This document shows, in pieces, positions 31,695 through 39,664 of a stretch of DNA of 64,000 bases (position 1 is the stretch's first letter; each line of letters starts with the position of its first letter). The position numbers were made by a program, and so were the translations under genes. Origin of the DNA: a bacterium (GTDB taxonomy: Bacteria; Desulfobacterota_D; UBA1144); NCBI GenBank assembly GCA_018654605.1, contig JABILG010000018.1, positions 24,702 through 88,701 of the forward strand, given 5' to 3'. The notes below the pieces were generated by a model, which made no database searches, had not been told where the DNA came from, and saw nothing but the letters and a program-made list of their open reading frames with translations.

Positions 31695-33482
31695 TTAGGC
31701 TACTGTAACTACTTTCGCTAAATTTCTTGGTTGATCTATTGATAAATTATTAAACTTAGCCAGATGGTAAGAAAGCAACTGGACTAATAGTGTGAAATAA
31801 AACGGCAATACACCATGAGTCTTCTCTGGGATCGATATAAATTCAATTTGAGACAAGAATTCTGAATCAATCATTTTAATAGAAGCGGCTGTAGCAAAAA
31901 GAATAATTTTCTTTGATCGTGTGTGTGCTTCATAAAGGTTCATAATCTCCTTTAAAACAGTATTCTTGTCATTTGAGAGTAAGTATAATATAGGAAAATT
32001 ATTGTCTAATAGAGCAATTGGGCCATGCTTCATCTCAGAAGAAAGTGAGCCTTCAGAATGGATATACGATATCTCTTTGATTTTCAATGCTGCCTCAAGG
32101 GCTATAGGATAAGTATAATTTCTTCCAAGAATAAAGAAATTTTTAGCTTTATAAAATTTCTTGGCAATCCTTTTGACATCTTTTTCAACATTAAAAAAAG
32201 CTTTATAAACTGAATCTAATTTTGGAATGACAACTTTACTATCTTCTGAAAAACAAGAAGACATAAGGTGCAATATTGAAATTTGTCCAGTAAAAGTTTT
32301 AGTAGCCGCGACACCCTTTTCAATCCCTAGAGATAAATCAATGCTATCTTTAGTATTCTTAGCTAGTCTAGAATCTATATTGTTAACAATGGATAGAGAA
32401 TTTGCAAAGAATTTTTGGTTTGATTCAAGCAAGTCGCAAGTATCAGCGGTTTCACCTGATTGTGAAATAAAAATATACAATACCTTTGCAAGGCTCTGAT
32501 TAAAAAAAGTAAACTCAGAAGGTCTATAGATCGACGTAGGTATTTTGCTAATAGATTCAAAATAATACTTTCCAAGCATTGCTGCATTATATGATGAACC
32601 GCAACCAATTATTACAATCTCTTTTGGCTTTGTCTTTATTCTTAATTTGTCTAATATGTCCCTTCTACTGTTATACAATCTAGGTATAAGAGATTTCTGA
32701 GAAATCATTTCATTGTATGTAACAGAATTAATCTTAGATTCTTTATTATTAGAGACATTAGCACTTCTCTGATATTTCAAGAGCTTCACACTTACTTCTT
32801 TGTATCTAGAGTTGAAACATTTAAAACCTTTCTTATTTACTTCTAGAATCTCCTCATTTCTCAAGAAATAATAAAAATCTAAATCAATCTTCATTGCGTT
32901 TGTATCTGAAGAAAATATTGATTGATTATCCTTCTTTAAACCAAAGAATAGTGGTGTCTTATTTTTATAAGACACTAAAATTTCTGGTTTAGTTTTATCT
33001 AAGCATAAGAAAGCATTTGAACCTTTCAGAATTTTTCCAACTTTAAAAACTGCTTTAGAAAGATTTTCCTCTATAGAATAGAAATATTCAATTAACTGGG
33101 CTATAACTTCTGAGTCAGTCTCAGTAATAAATTTATTGTTAATCAAAAATTTACTTTTTTTCAGTTCCTGAAAATTTTCTACTATTCCGTTGTGAACCAA
33201 TAAAATATTCTTAGAAGAGTGTGGGTGACAATTTTTCAGAGTAGGCTTACCATGAGTAGCCCACCTTGTATGTCCTAAAATTAATGATGATTTAATTTTC
33301 TTACTAACCTTCTGTTCTAAGCTATTTATCTTCTTTGTTGTCTTACAAGTTATAAAATTATCTTTCCTAAGATATGAAAATCCAGCGGAATCATAACCTC
33401 TATATTCTAGCTCCCTTAAAGACTTAAAAAAAGATTGAAACCCAATTTCTTTTTTAGAATAGATGCTATATATTCCACACAT
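31695..33482 (-). CDS. glmS: Glutamine-fructose-6-phosphate transaminase (isomerizing)
   Basis: MCGI start at 33482, LEYRGYDSAG, GHTRWATHG, HNGIVEN, SQSGETAD, EAALKIKEISY, KHGP, PRNLAK. Confidence 0.96.
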   Translation of the reverse strand: MCGIYSIYSKKEIGFQSFFKSLRELEYRGYDSAGFSYLRKDNFITCKTTKKINSLEQKVSKKIKSSLILGHTRWATHGKPTLKNCHPHSSKNILLVHNGIVENFQELKKSKFLINNKFITETDSEVIAQLIEYFYSIEENLSKAVFKVGKILKGSNAFLCLDKTKPEILVSYKNKTPLFFGLKKDNQSIFSSDTNAMKIDLDFYYFLRNEEILEVNKKGFKCFNSRYKEVSVKLLKYQRSANVSNNKESKINSVTYNEMISQKSLIPRLYNSRRDILDKLRIKTKPKEIVIIGCGSSYNAAMLGKYYFESISKIPTSIYRPSEFTFFNQSLAKVLYIFISQSGETADTCDLLESNQKFFANSLSIVNNIDSRLAKNTKDSIDLSLGIEKGVAATKTFTGQISILHLMSSCFSEDSKVVIPKLDSVYKAFFNVEKDVKRIAKKFYKAKNFFILGRNYTYPIALEAALKIKEISYIHSEGSLSSEMKHGPIALLDNNFPILYLLSNDKNTVLKEIMNLYEAHTRSKKIILFATAASIKMIDSEFLSQIEFISIPEKTHGVLPFYFTLLVQLLSYHLAKFNNLSIDQPRNLAKVVTVA

Positions 33483-33484
33483 AA

Positions 33485-34864
33485 TTATTTCTTTGGCTTT
33501 CTCTTCCAATTTGAAATATGCTTTTCCTTAATCCTGCTGACAGCTAATGTTTCCTCTGGTATATCTGAATTCAAAACAGATCCTGCAGCTGTTGTTGAGC
33601 CTTTAGCAAGGGTTATCGGGGCAATTAACATTGTATCGCTTCCAATAAATACATTGTCTTCAATAATAGTCTTATGTTTATTAAACCCGTCATAATTACA
33701 AGTAATCGTACCCGCACCTACGTTAACTCTTGACCCCATTTCTGTGTCCCCAACATAAGACAAATGAGGAATCTTTGATTCTTTGCCGATATTTGACTTT
33801 TTAATCTCAACAAAATTTCCAATTTTAACCTTGCTGTTAACTTGATTGCCTGGGCGTAAATTAGAGAATGGTCCTATTTGTACCTCTGATGCTATTTTTG
33901 AATCCTCAATTGAAGTAAAAGGTTTAACTAGAGTATTTCTTCCTATTATAGAGTTCGATATAAAAGCACTCCCTTCAATTCTAACATCTTCTTTTATTTC
34001 TGTTTTGCCTTTAAGTATGACATTGGGACCAATAAAAACATTTTTAGATATTTTTACCTCTAGATCTTTCTGAAAAGTGTTTGGATCTACTAAAAAAATA
34101 TTATTCTTAATACATTCTTCATAAGTAAACATTTTATCAAGCTCATGAGCTTTGCGATAATCATCAAAGGTGTTAATGTTAATAAATTTCCTTTCGTCTT
34201 TGATGGGAAGAGAATCTACTCTCATTCCATTTCTTACAAATATATTAACCAAATCCGTTAAATAATATTCAGAGTTCTTATTCTTTTTTATTTTTTTTAT
34301 GAAGGTTTTTAAATGTTGAGTTGAGACTAGATACAAACCAGAATTTACCTCCTTAATTAATCTCTGCTCGTTATTACAGTCTCTTTCTTCTACTATGTCT
34401 AATATTTGTCCATCATTATCTCTTAATATTCTACCGTAACCAAAAGGGGAAACAGGTGTTGATGTTGCAATAGTAAAGACAGATTTATTTTTATAATATT
34501 GGGATAATGCTTGTCTAATAGTTTCAACATCAACAAAAGGAGTATCTCCATTTATGATTAATGAAACAGAATCATCTTCGAGTTTCTTATAAGCCTTTTT
34601 AACTGCATCGCCTGTTCCAAGCTGATTCTTTTGAATTACGAATTCTATATTTTTATAATCTAATTTTTCTGCTAAGTTAACAACCAGTTCTTTTTTAAAA
34701 CCTGCAACAATAATAATCTTACTAGGGTTCAATTGGTGAAGATTGAACAAGCTTCTTTCAAGTAAAGTCTTGCCATTAATTGGTAATATAACTTTAGGTA
34801 AATTAAATTTGAGCCTTGAGCTTTTTCCAGCACATAATAAAACAATATTAACTTTAATAGTCAT
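33485..34864 (-). CDS. glmU: Bifunctional GlmU
   Basis: QLGTGDAV, GYGRI, EVNSG, EYYLTD, GNFVEIK, HLSYVGD, GAGTITCNYDG. Confidence 0.96.
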   Translation of the reverse strand: MTIKVNIVLLCAGKSSRLKFNLPKVILPINGKTLLERSLFNLHQLNPSKIIIVAGFKKELVVNLAEKLDYKNIEFVIQKNQLGTGDAVKKAYKKLEDDSVSLIINGDTPFVDVETIRQALSQYYKNKSVFTIATSTPVSPFGYGRILRDNDGQILDIVEERDCNNEQRLIKEVNSGLYLVSTQHLKTFIKKIKKNKNSEYYLTDLVNIFVRNGMRVDSLPIKDERKFININTFDDYRKAHELDKMFTYEECIKNNIFLVDPNTFQKDLEVKISKNVFIGPNVILKGKTEIKEDVRIEGSAFISNSIIGRNTLVKPFTSIEDSKIASEVQIGPFSNLRPGNQVNSKVKIGNFVEIKKSNIGKESKIPHLSYVGDTEMGSRVNVGAGTITCNYDGFNKHKTIIEDNVFIGSDTMLIAPITLAKGSTTAAGSVLNSDIPEETLAVSRIKEKHISNWKRKPKK

Positions 34865-35281
34865 TTAGAATGGGACGTCATCACTGGATGAACTTTCTAT
34901 ATCAAAATCATCGAGGAAGTTCTCATCGCCAGTTTGAGCTGTGCCTCCAGCTTTAGAATCAACGAATTGAAAATTATTTACGACAACCTCTGTAATAAAC
35001 TTCTTCTCACCACTTTTATCCTCATAAGATCTACTTTCAAGTGACCCCTCTATATAAATCTGATTCCCTTTCTTAAAATACTGTCCAATAACTTCTCCAG
35101 TTTTTCTCCAAGCAACACAACGATGCCATGATGTCTTATCAATTTTTTCTCCAGATTTATTCTTGTAATTAATTGAGGTTGCAATGTTAAAGGAAGCTAC
35201 AGGAGTTTGATCTTGTGTATACCTTACTTCAGGATCAGCACCAAGCCTTCCAAGAAGAATTACTTTATTTACACTAGCCAT
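34865..35281 (-). CDS. ssb: Single-stranded DNA-binding protein
   Basis: VNKVILLGRLGADPE, WH, IYIEG.L, C-terminal DDVPF. Confidence 0.97.
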   Translation of the reverse strand: MASVNKVILLGRLGADPEVRYTQDQTPVASFNIATSINYKNKSGEKIDKTSWHRCVAWRKTGEVIGQYFKKGNQIYIEGSLESRSYEDKSGEKKFITEVVVNNFQFVDSKAGGTAQTGDENFLDDFDIESSSSDDVPF

Positions 35282-35324
35282 TTTTTTATTCTATCACTTA
35301 AATAATTAAAGTAAAATATAAATT

Positions 35325-35930
35325 CTATTCATGATAATTCTTAATCTCATGAAGAAAGGCGTAGATCATCTTACCTGTCATTCCCCAAATTTTATAGCCG
35401 TGATAAAGGAATACATTATCTTTATATGGCTTTTCATATCTTGTTCCAATCCGATTACTATTAGTTAAATTTGTGAGCAAAATATCAATCGGAATCCAAA
35501 CAATTTCCTCAACTTCATCTTCACATCTTACAAGCTCAACATCGGGTTTATTGAGATAAAATATAAAAGGACTCACAATAAACTTATTTGCTTCTGGATT
35601 CACAGGTTGATAATCACTAAACCTTCCCAAGATATCGCAGTCTAATTTTAAGTCTAAACCTATCTCTTCTTTAGTCTCCCTAATTGCCGTGGCTAAACTA
35701 CTCTTATCAACCTTCTCTCTAACTCCGCCCGGGAAAGCCATGTGACCTGAAAACTTATCTGAATCCTTTGTAGTTCTCTTTATAAATAAAATCTCATATT
35801 TGGAATTAATCTTCCTAATTACGATTGAGACAGAAGACTGAACGGTTATTTTGGATTCAGGAATAAGGACAAATTTATATTTATTTAAAAAATGATTTTT
35901 TAAATTTTCTAAAAAACTTAAATTTGACAT
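35325..35930 (-). CDS. Nudix hydrolase, CoA pyrophosphatase (NudL-like)
   Basis: SGHMAFPGG...TAIRETKEEIG Nudix box, EVEEI, IWGMTG. Confidence 0.85.
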   Translation of the reverse strand: MSNLSFLENLKNHFLNKYKFVLIPESKITVQSSVSIVIRKINSKYEILFIKRTTKDSDKFSGHMAFPGGVREKVDKSSLATAIRETKEEIGLDLKLDCDILGRFSDYQPVNPEANKFIVSPFIFYLNKPDVELVRCEDEVEEIVWIPIDILLTNLTNSNRIGTRYEKPYKDNVFLYHGYKIWGMTGKMIYAFLHEIKNYHE

Positions 35931-35965
35931 TCTAAAACAATAAAAGAAAAGTATTTAAGTAGCTA

Positions 35966-36163
35966 TTATTTAGAAGGTTTCTTGACAGCAACTACTTTTT
36001 CTTCAGCAATTTCTCTTAAGGCCAGGACTACGGGCTTATTCTTTTCGTCAGATAAAGATTTAGCACCATTGTAGATATTCTTAGCTCTTTTCATTGCTGC
36101 TACGGATAATTCAAAACGATTTGAGACCTTTTCTAAGCAATCTTCGATTGTAACTCTAGCCAT
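35966..36163 (-). CDS. rpoZ: RNA polymerase omega subunit
   Basis: [25 protein letters not shown]. Confidence 0.96.
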   Translation of the reverse strand: MARVTIEDCLEKVSNRFELSVAAMKRAKNIYNGAKSLSDEKNKPVVLALREIAEEKVVAVKKPSK

Positions 36164-36208
36164 TATTTAATTTCCTTCCTTTCAGTTTAATGTATATTGA
36201 ATAATGTA

Positions 36209-36547
36209 ATGGATGAAAAGAAAATATCAAATAGAATAAATATTCTGAATGAAATTTTTTCAACAATCGAGGAAAGAAAAAATAGCAAAGATAATCAAGA
36301 TTCTTATGTTTCATCACTATTCAAAGATGGTCTTGAGAAGATCAATTCTAAAATAAGCGAAGAATCTGCTGAATCTATCGAGGCCTCAGAAAATGGTGAA
36401 AGAGATAAGATTATATACGAATATTCAGACTTATTATTCCATATGATGGTGGGATTATCTTATCATGGCATTAACATGGACGATATCTGTTTAGAACTTG
36501 AAAGAAGAATCGGAAAAAAGAAAAAAGATTATACTTTAGATGAATGA
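36209..36547 (+). CDS. hisE: Phosphoribosyl-ATP diphosphatase
   Basis: TIEERK, SYVSSLF, KISEESAE, YEYSDLLFH, ELERR. Confidence 0.9.
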   Translation: MDEKKISNRINILNEIFSTIEERKNSKDNQDSYVSSLFKDGLEKINSKISEESAESIEASENGERDKIIYEYSDLLFHMMVGLSYHGINMDDICLELERRIGKKKKDYTLDE

Positions 36548-36767
36548 AGAAAATAGAAAAGAACTTTGGTTGCTTATACAAAAGACTGGGGATAGGTTAA
36601 AGGACAAACTCCCAAGCAATAATAATCACCCAAAAGGCAGAAATCCTTATGCTCATATACTATTAATGATTAAACTTAAATTTAAAGAATCTTACAAAGA
36701 TATTCCTGATGATAAAAAAGAAATTTTAATTAAATTTATAAAATATGTAGAAGACAACCCTAGGTAA
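36540..36767 (+). CDS. Small hypothetical protein (HPKGRNPYAH motif)
   Basis: 75-aa ORF overlapping the hisE stop; distinctive LP...HPKGRNPYAH and F..SYKDIPD motifs. Confidence 0.75.
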   Translation: MNEENRKELWLLIQKTGDRLKDKLPSNNNHPKGRNPYAHILLMIKLKFKESYKDIPDDKKEILIKFIKYVEDNPR

Positions 36768-36771
36768 AAGA

Positions 36772-37311
36772 TTAAAGCAATTTAGTTTTGGATTTATCCA
36801 TATATTGATGCTTATATCTATTGTCTGCTTTAATGTTTGCAGGTTGGTCTTTCGCCTCTATCATCTCAGTAAAATTAACTCTGCCTCTTATTTGCTCTGG
36901 CAAGTCTGCGAGCCCAGGAGGCTTAGGTGCATCTGTTGATAGATCAGATGTATATGAGAAAGAAGATATGACTCTTTCAATTTCACCGTTTTTACAACAG
37001 TTAGTTGAAATATTCTTCTCATCCTCTTCATCAAAAATTAATTCGGAAAACCTAAAGTTAGTAGCATGAAAAAGCACCATCTTTTTTCCATCTTCAATAT
37101 ACAAATCAATCTCAACATTACCATCTTCCCTTGTTCCTTCGGATTGAATTAATTTCTCAGAAATTAAATCAATAATCTGTATACCATTAATGTTTTTATA
37201 CTTTTTTATAATTCCGAGCAAAATCTTCTTATCAAATTTCTTTTCAATCGTACTTAATGCTTTAAGAAGATTTCTTTTACAAGATTTACATTCAAATTCA
37301 TATAAAGGCAT
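36772..37311 (-). CDS. FmdB-type zinc-ribbon protein with large internal insertion (paralog B)
   Basis: MPLYEFECKSC ... FRFSEL ... NCCKNGEIERVISSF; matches MPxYEYxCxxC ... FExL ... CPxCG ... RxIS. Confidence 0.75.
   Translation of the reverse strand: MPLYEFECKSCKRNLLKALSTIEKKFDKKILLGIIKKYKNINGIQIIDLISEKLIQSEGTREDGNVEIDLYIEDGKKMVLFHATNFRFSELIFDEEDEKNISTNCCKNGEIERVISSFSYTSDLSTDAPKPPGLADLPEQIRGRVNFTEMIEAKDQPANIKADNRYKHQYMDKSKTKLL
37287..37311 (-). repeat. 25-nt direct repeat copy 1 (start of paralog B); 24/25 identical to 37841-37865
   Basis: Plus-strand tacattcaaattcatataaaggcat vs tacattcaaattcatataatggcat. Confidence 0.85.
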
Positions 37312-37319
37312 AATCTATC

Positions 37320-37865
37320 CTATTCTGAGCCATAAGAGCCATCATGTTGAGAATTACCAAAATATTGGTCTAGATGGTCTTGTCCAACCCAGTTGGAGGC
37401 TTGTTCTTCGTCCTTCATAACTTTGTAATCTTTATGCCATTGGACAGGATCTCCTGGTGTAGGAGCTCTATCTTTTATTCCACCTCTTTTTTCAAAAATA
37501 GCTTTAAAAGGTGAGAAAATCCTAACTACGTTTTTGCATTTCTTACTTGATGGACAATCAACTGTCTCTGGTATTTCCTCGTCTTGAAAATACAACTCTG
37601 TGAATCTGAAATCTTTTAATTCTAAGAAGAGATATTTATCGTTACCCATTCTATATCTATATCTTTTAATACCCTTATTGCCTTCTTTACCTAGAGAGAA
37701 TATGGTTTTCTCATTTTTAATCTTTTGGACTTCTATGTACAAAAAGTTTTTATTTCGTTTCATAACCTTCTCTCCAGTCTCTTTCTTTAAAGACTTAGAA
37801 AGAAGAGTAATATCTTTGTTATACTTTTTCATACAATCTCTACATTCAAATTCATATAATGGCAT
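37320..37865 (-). CDS. FmdB-type zinc-ribbon protein with large internal insertion (paralog A)
   Basis: MPLYEFECRDC ... FRFTEL ... CPSSKKCKNVVRIFSPF. Confidence 0.75.
   Translation of the reverse strand: MPLYEFECRDCMKKYNKDITLLSKSLKKETGEKVMKRNKNFLYIEVQKIKNEKTIFSLGKEGNKGIKRYRYRMGNDKYLFLELKDFRFTELYFQDEEIPETVDCPSSKKCKNVVRIFSPFKAIFEKRGGIKDRAPTPGDPVQWHKDYKVMKDEEQASNWVGQDHLDQYFGNSQHDGSYGSE
37841..37865 (-). repeat. 25-nt direct repeat copy 2 (start of paralog A)
   Basis: See copy 1. Confidence 0.85.
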
Positions 37866-37907
37866 ATCTAACTCGCTTTAAATTTATAATAGATTACTAT
37901 AACGGAT

Positions 37908-38717
37908 ATGAGTAAATTTGTTAAGTATGAAGACCTAAAGAAGACTCGAATAATAACGTTTGACCGACCTGAAAAAAAGAATGCTTTCAATGAGGAAATG
38001 TTAGTAAAGATGTCGGAAATTATTCAAGATACCGAAAAAATAAATCAAATAAGAACAATAATAATAACTTCTAACTGCGATAAAGTGTTTTCTTCAGGGT
38101 ATGATATTTCATCTGAGAGTATAGATTCGAAAGAATCGCTTTTAAAGATTCATATAATTGATGACAATTCAGAAAAACATCCATTAATGAAGATTTCCGA
38201 AGTAATTGTGGAAAGCCCAAAAATCATAATAGCCGCAATAAATGGAAGTATATTTGGTGGCGCCCTAGAGATAATGTTAAATTGTGATTTTAAATTTTTC
38301 TCTAGAGAAAGTATTTTTTGTATGCCTCCCGTGAAACTTGGTATTTTTTACAATTATTATGGTTTAAAAAACTTCATAAATAAGATAGGAATATCAAATA
38401 CCAGAAAAATCTTTTTTACTGGTGACAAGTATTCTTCTAAAGACGCTATAGACATGAAAATTTTTGATTTCATATATGATCAAAAAGATGTATTAAAGAA
38501 ATCAATAGAATTCTCTGAAAAAATTTCACTTAATGCCCCCCTATCCCTTGCTTCAATAAAAAAATCTATCAACACTTTTGAAGCTGGTCAAACAATTAAC
38601 CCTGAGGACTATGAACAAATAAAGAAAACTATTCTACGAGCTGCAGAAAGCTTTGACTACTTAGAAGCTCAGGCCGCATTTAAGGAAAAGAGGCCTCCTA
38701 ACTTTTCAGGGAAATAG
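37908..38717 (+). CDS. Crotonase-superfamily enzyme, methylmalonyl-CoA decarboxylase (ScpB)-like
   Basis: RPEKKNA, KVFSSGYDI, GSIFGGALE, MPPVKLGIFYN, APLS, DYLE...AFKEKRPPNF. Confidence 0.85.
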   Translation: MSKFVKYEDLKKTRIITFDRPEKKNAFNEEMLVKMSEIIQDTEKINQIRTIIITSNCDKVFSSGYDISSESIDSKESLLKIHIIDDNSEKHPLMKISEVIVESPKIIIAAINGSIFGGALEIMLNCDFKFFSRESIFCMPPVKLGIFYNYYGLKNFINKIGISNTRKIFFTGDKYSSKDAIDMKIFDFIYDQKDVLKKSIEFSEKISLNAPLSLASIKKSINTFEAGQTINPEDYEQIKKTILRAAESFDYLEAQAAFKEKRPPNFSGK

Positions 38718-39599
38718 CTAGATACTAGAGTAGTTAAAAGCTTTTTCCTTTGTCTTTAACCATGTGCTGTCAATTTTAACTCGAAGATCCAAGAAAACTT
38801 TACATGAGAGAAAATTTTCTATATCCGCCCTACTCTCTATTCCAATTTTCTTAATCATTGAACCGTTCTTTCCAATAATAATTTGTTTATGATGAGTATT
38901 TTCAACTATGATATAAGCCTGTATCGACGAGACTCTTTTCTTGTCAACTATGTCTTCAATAACAACGGCAGTCCGATAAGGTACCTCTTGATAAAAAGTG
39001 TTGAAAATTTTCTCTCTTATTATCTCTGAAATATAAAACTTTTCAGGTTGATCAGTTGTAACATCGTCAGGTAAAATTTTCTCTCCAACAGGTAAAATTC
39101 TTTTAAATTCATTTATCAAGATTTCTAATCCTTCTTCCTCTAAAGCGCTTATTGGTATAAAAGAATCTACAGTAGGGAAGATATCTTTCAGAGTGTTTAC
39201 AATGTTTAAGATTTTACTTTTCTTAACTAAATCAATCTTGTTAATCGCGATTATAGGCTTCTTGTCTACTATTTTAGAAGCTATTTCATCTGTGTTGAAA
39301 GTTGAACGCTTTGTGCAATCAACTATAACAAGAACTATGTCAGATTCGCCAATAGCCTGATAAGAGGACTGGACCATTATTCTATTTAAAAATTTACTAG
39401 ATTTTTGTATTCCTGGTGTATCTAAGAAGATAATCTGACTATCATCAGAATTACACACACCTAATATCTTATTTCTTGTCGTATTGGGCTTATCAGAGAC
39501 AGCAGAAACCTTACTACCCGTTAAGGCATTAATTAATGTGGATTTACCTGTGTTTGGCTTTCCAACTATAGAGACTGTGCCGCATTTAAATTCTTTCAT
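38718..39599 (-). CDS. era: GTPase Era
   Basis: GKPNTGKST, TTR, DTPG, NKID, EIIREK, EVPY, IIIGKNG. Confidence 0.97.
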   Translation of the reverse strand: MKEFKCGTVSIVGKPNTGKSTLINALTGSKVSAVSDKPNTTRNKILGVCNSDDSQIIFLDTPGIQKSSKFLNRIMVQSSYQAIGESDIVLVIVDCTKRSTFNTDEIASKIVDKKPIIAINKIDLVKKSKILNIVNTLKDIFPTVDSFIPISALEEEGLEILINEFKRILPVGEKILPDDVTTDQPEKFYISEIIREKIFNTFYQEVPYRTAVVIEDIVDKKRVSSIQAYIIVENTHHKQIIIGKNGSMIKKIGIESRADIENFLSCKVFLDLRVKIDSTWLKTKEKAFNYSSI

Positions 39600-39664
39600 T
39601 TAACTGATTTGATTATACTCTTCTTGTGATGTTTAACAAATGGAGTTAAGATTAAATTCCAATC

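Noticed and set aside
37000-37830. Insert in the zinc-ribbon proteins as an intein or intron
   Set aside because: No intein C/S start or HN end motifs, too short for a self-splicing intron, and in frame with protein-level conservation in both paralogs
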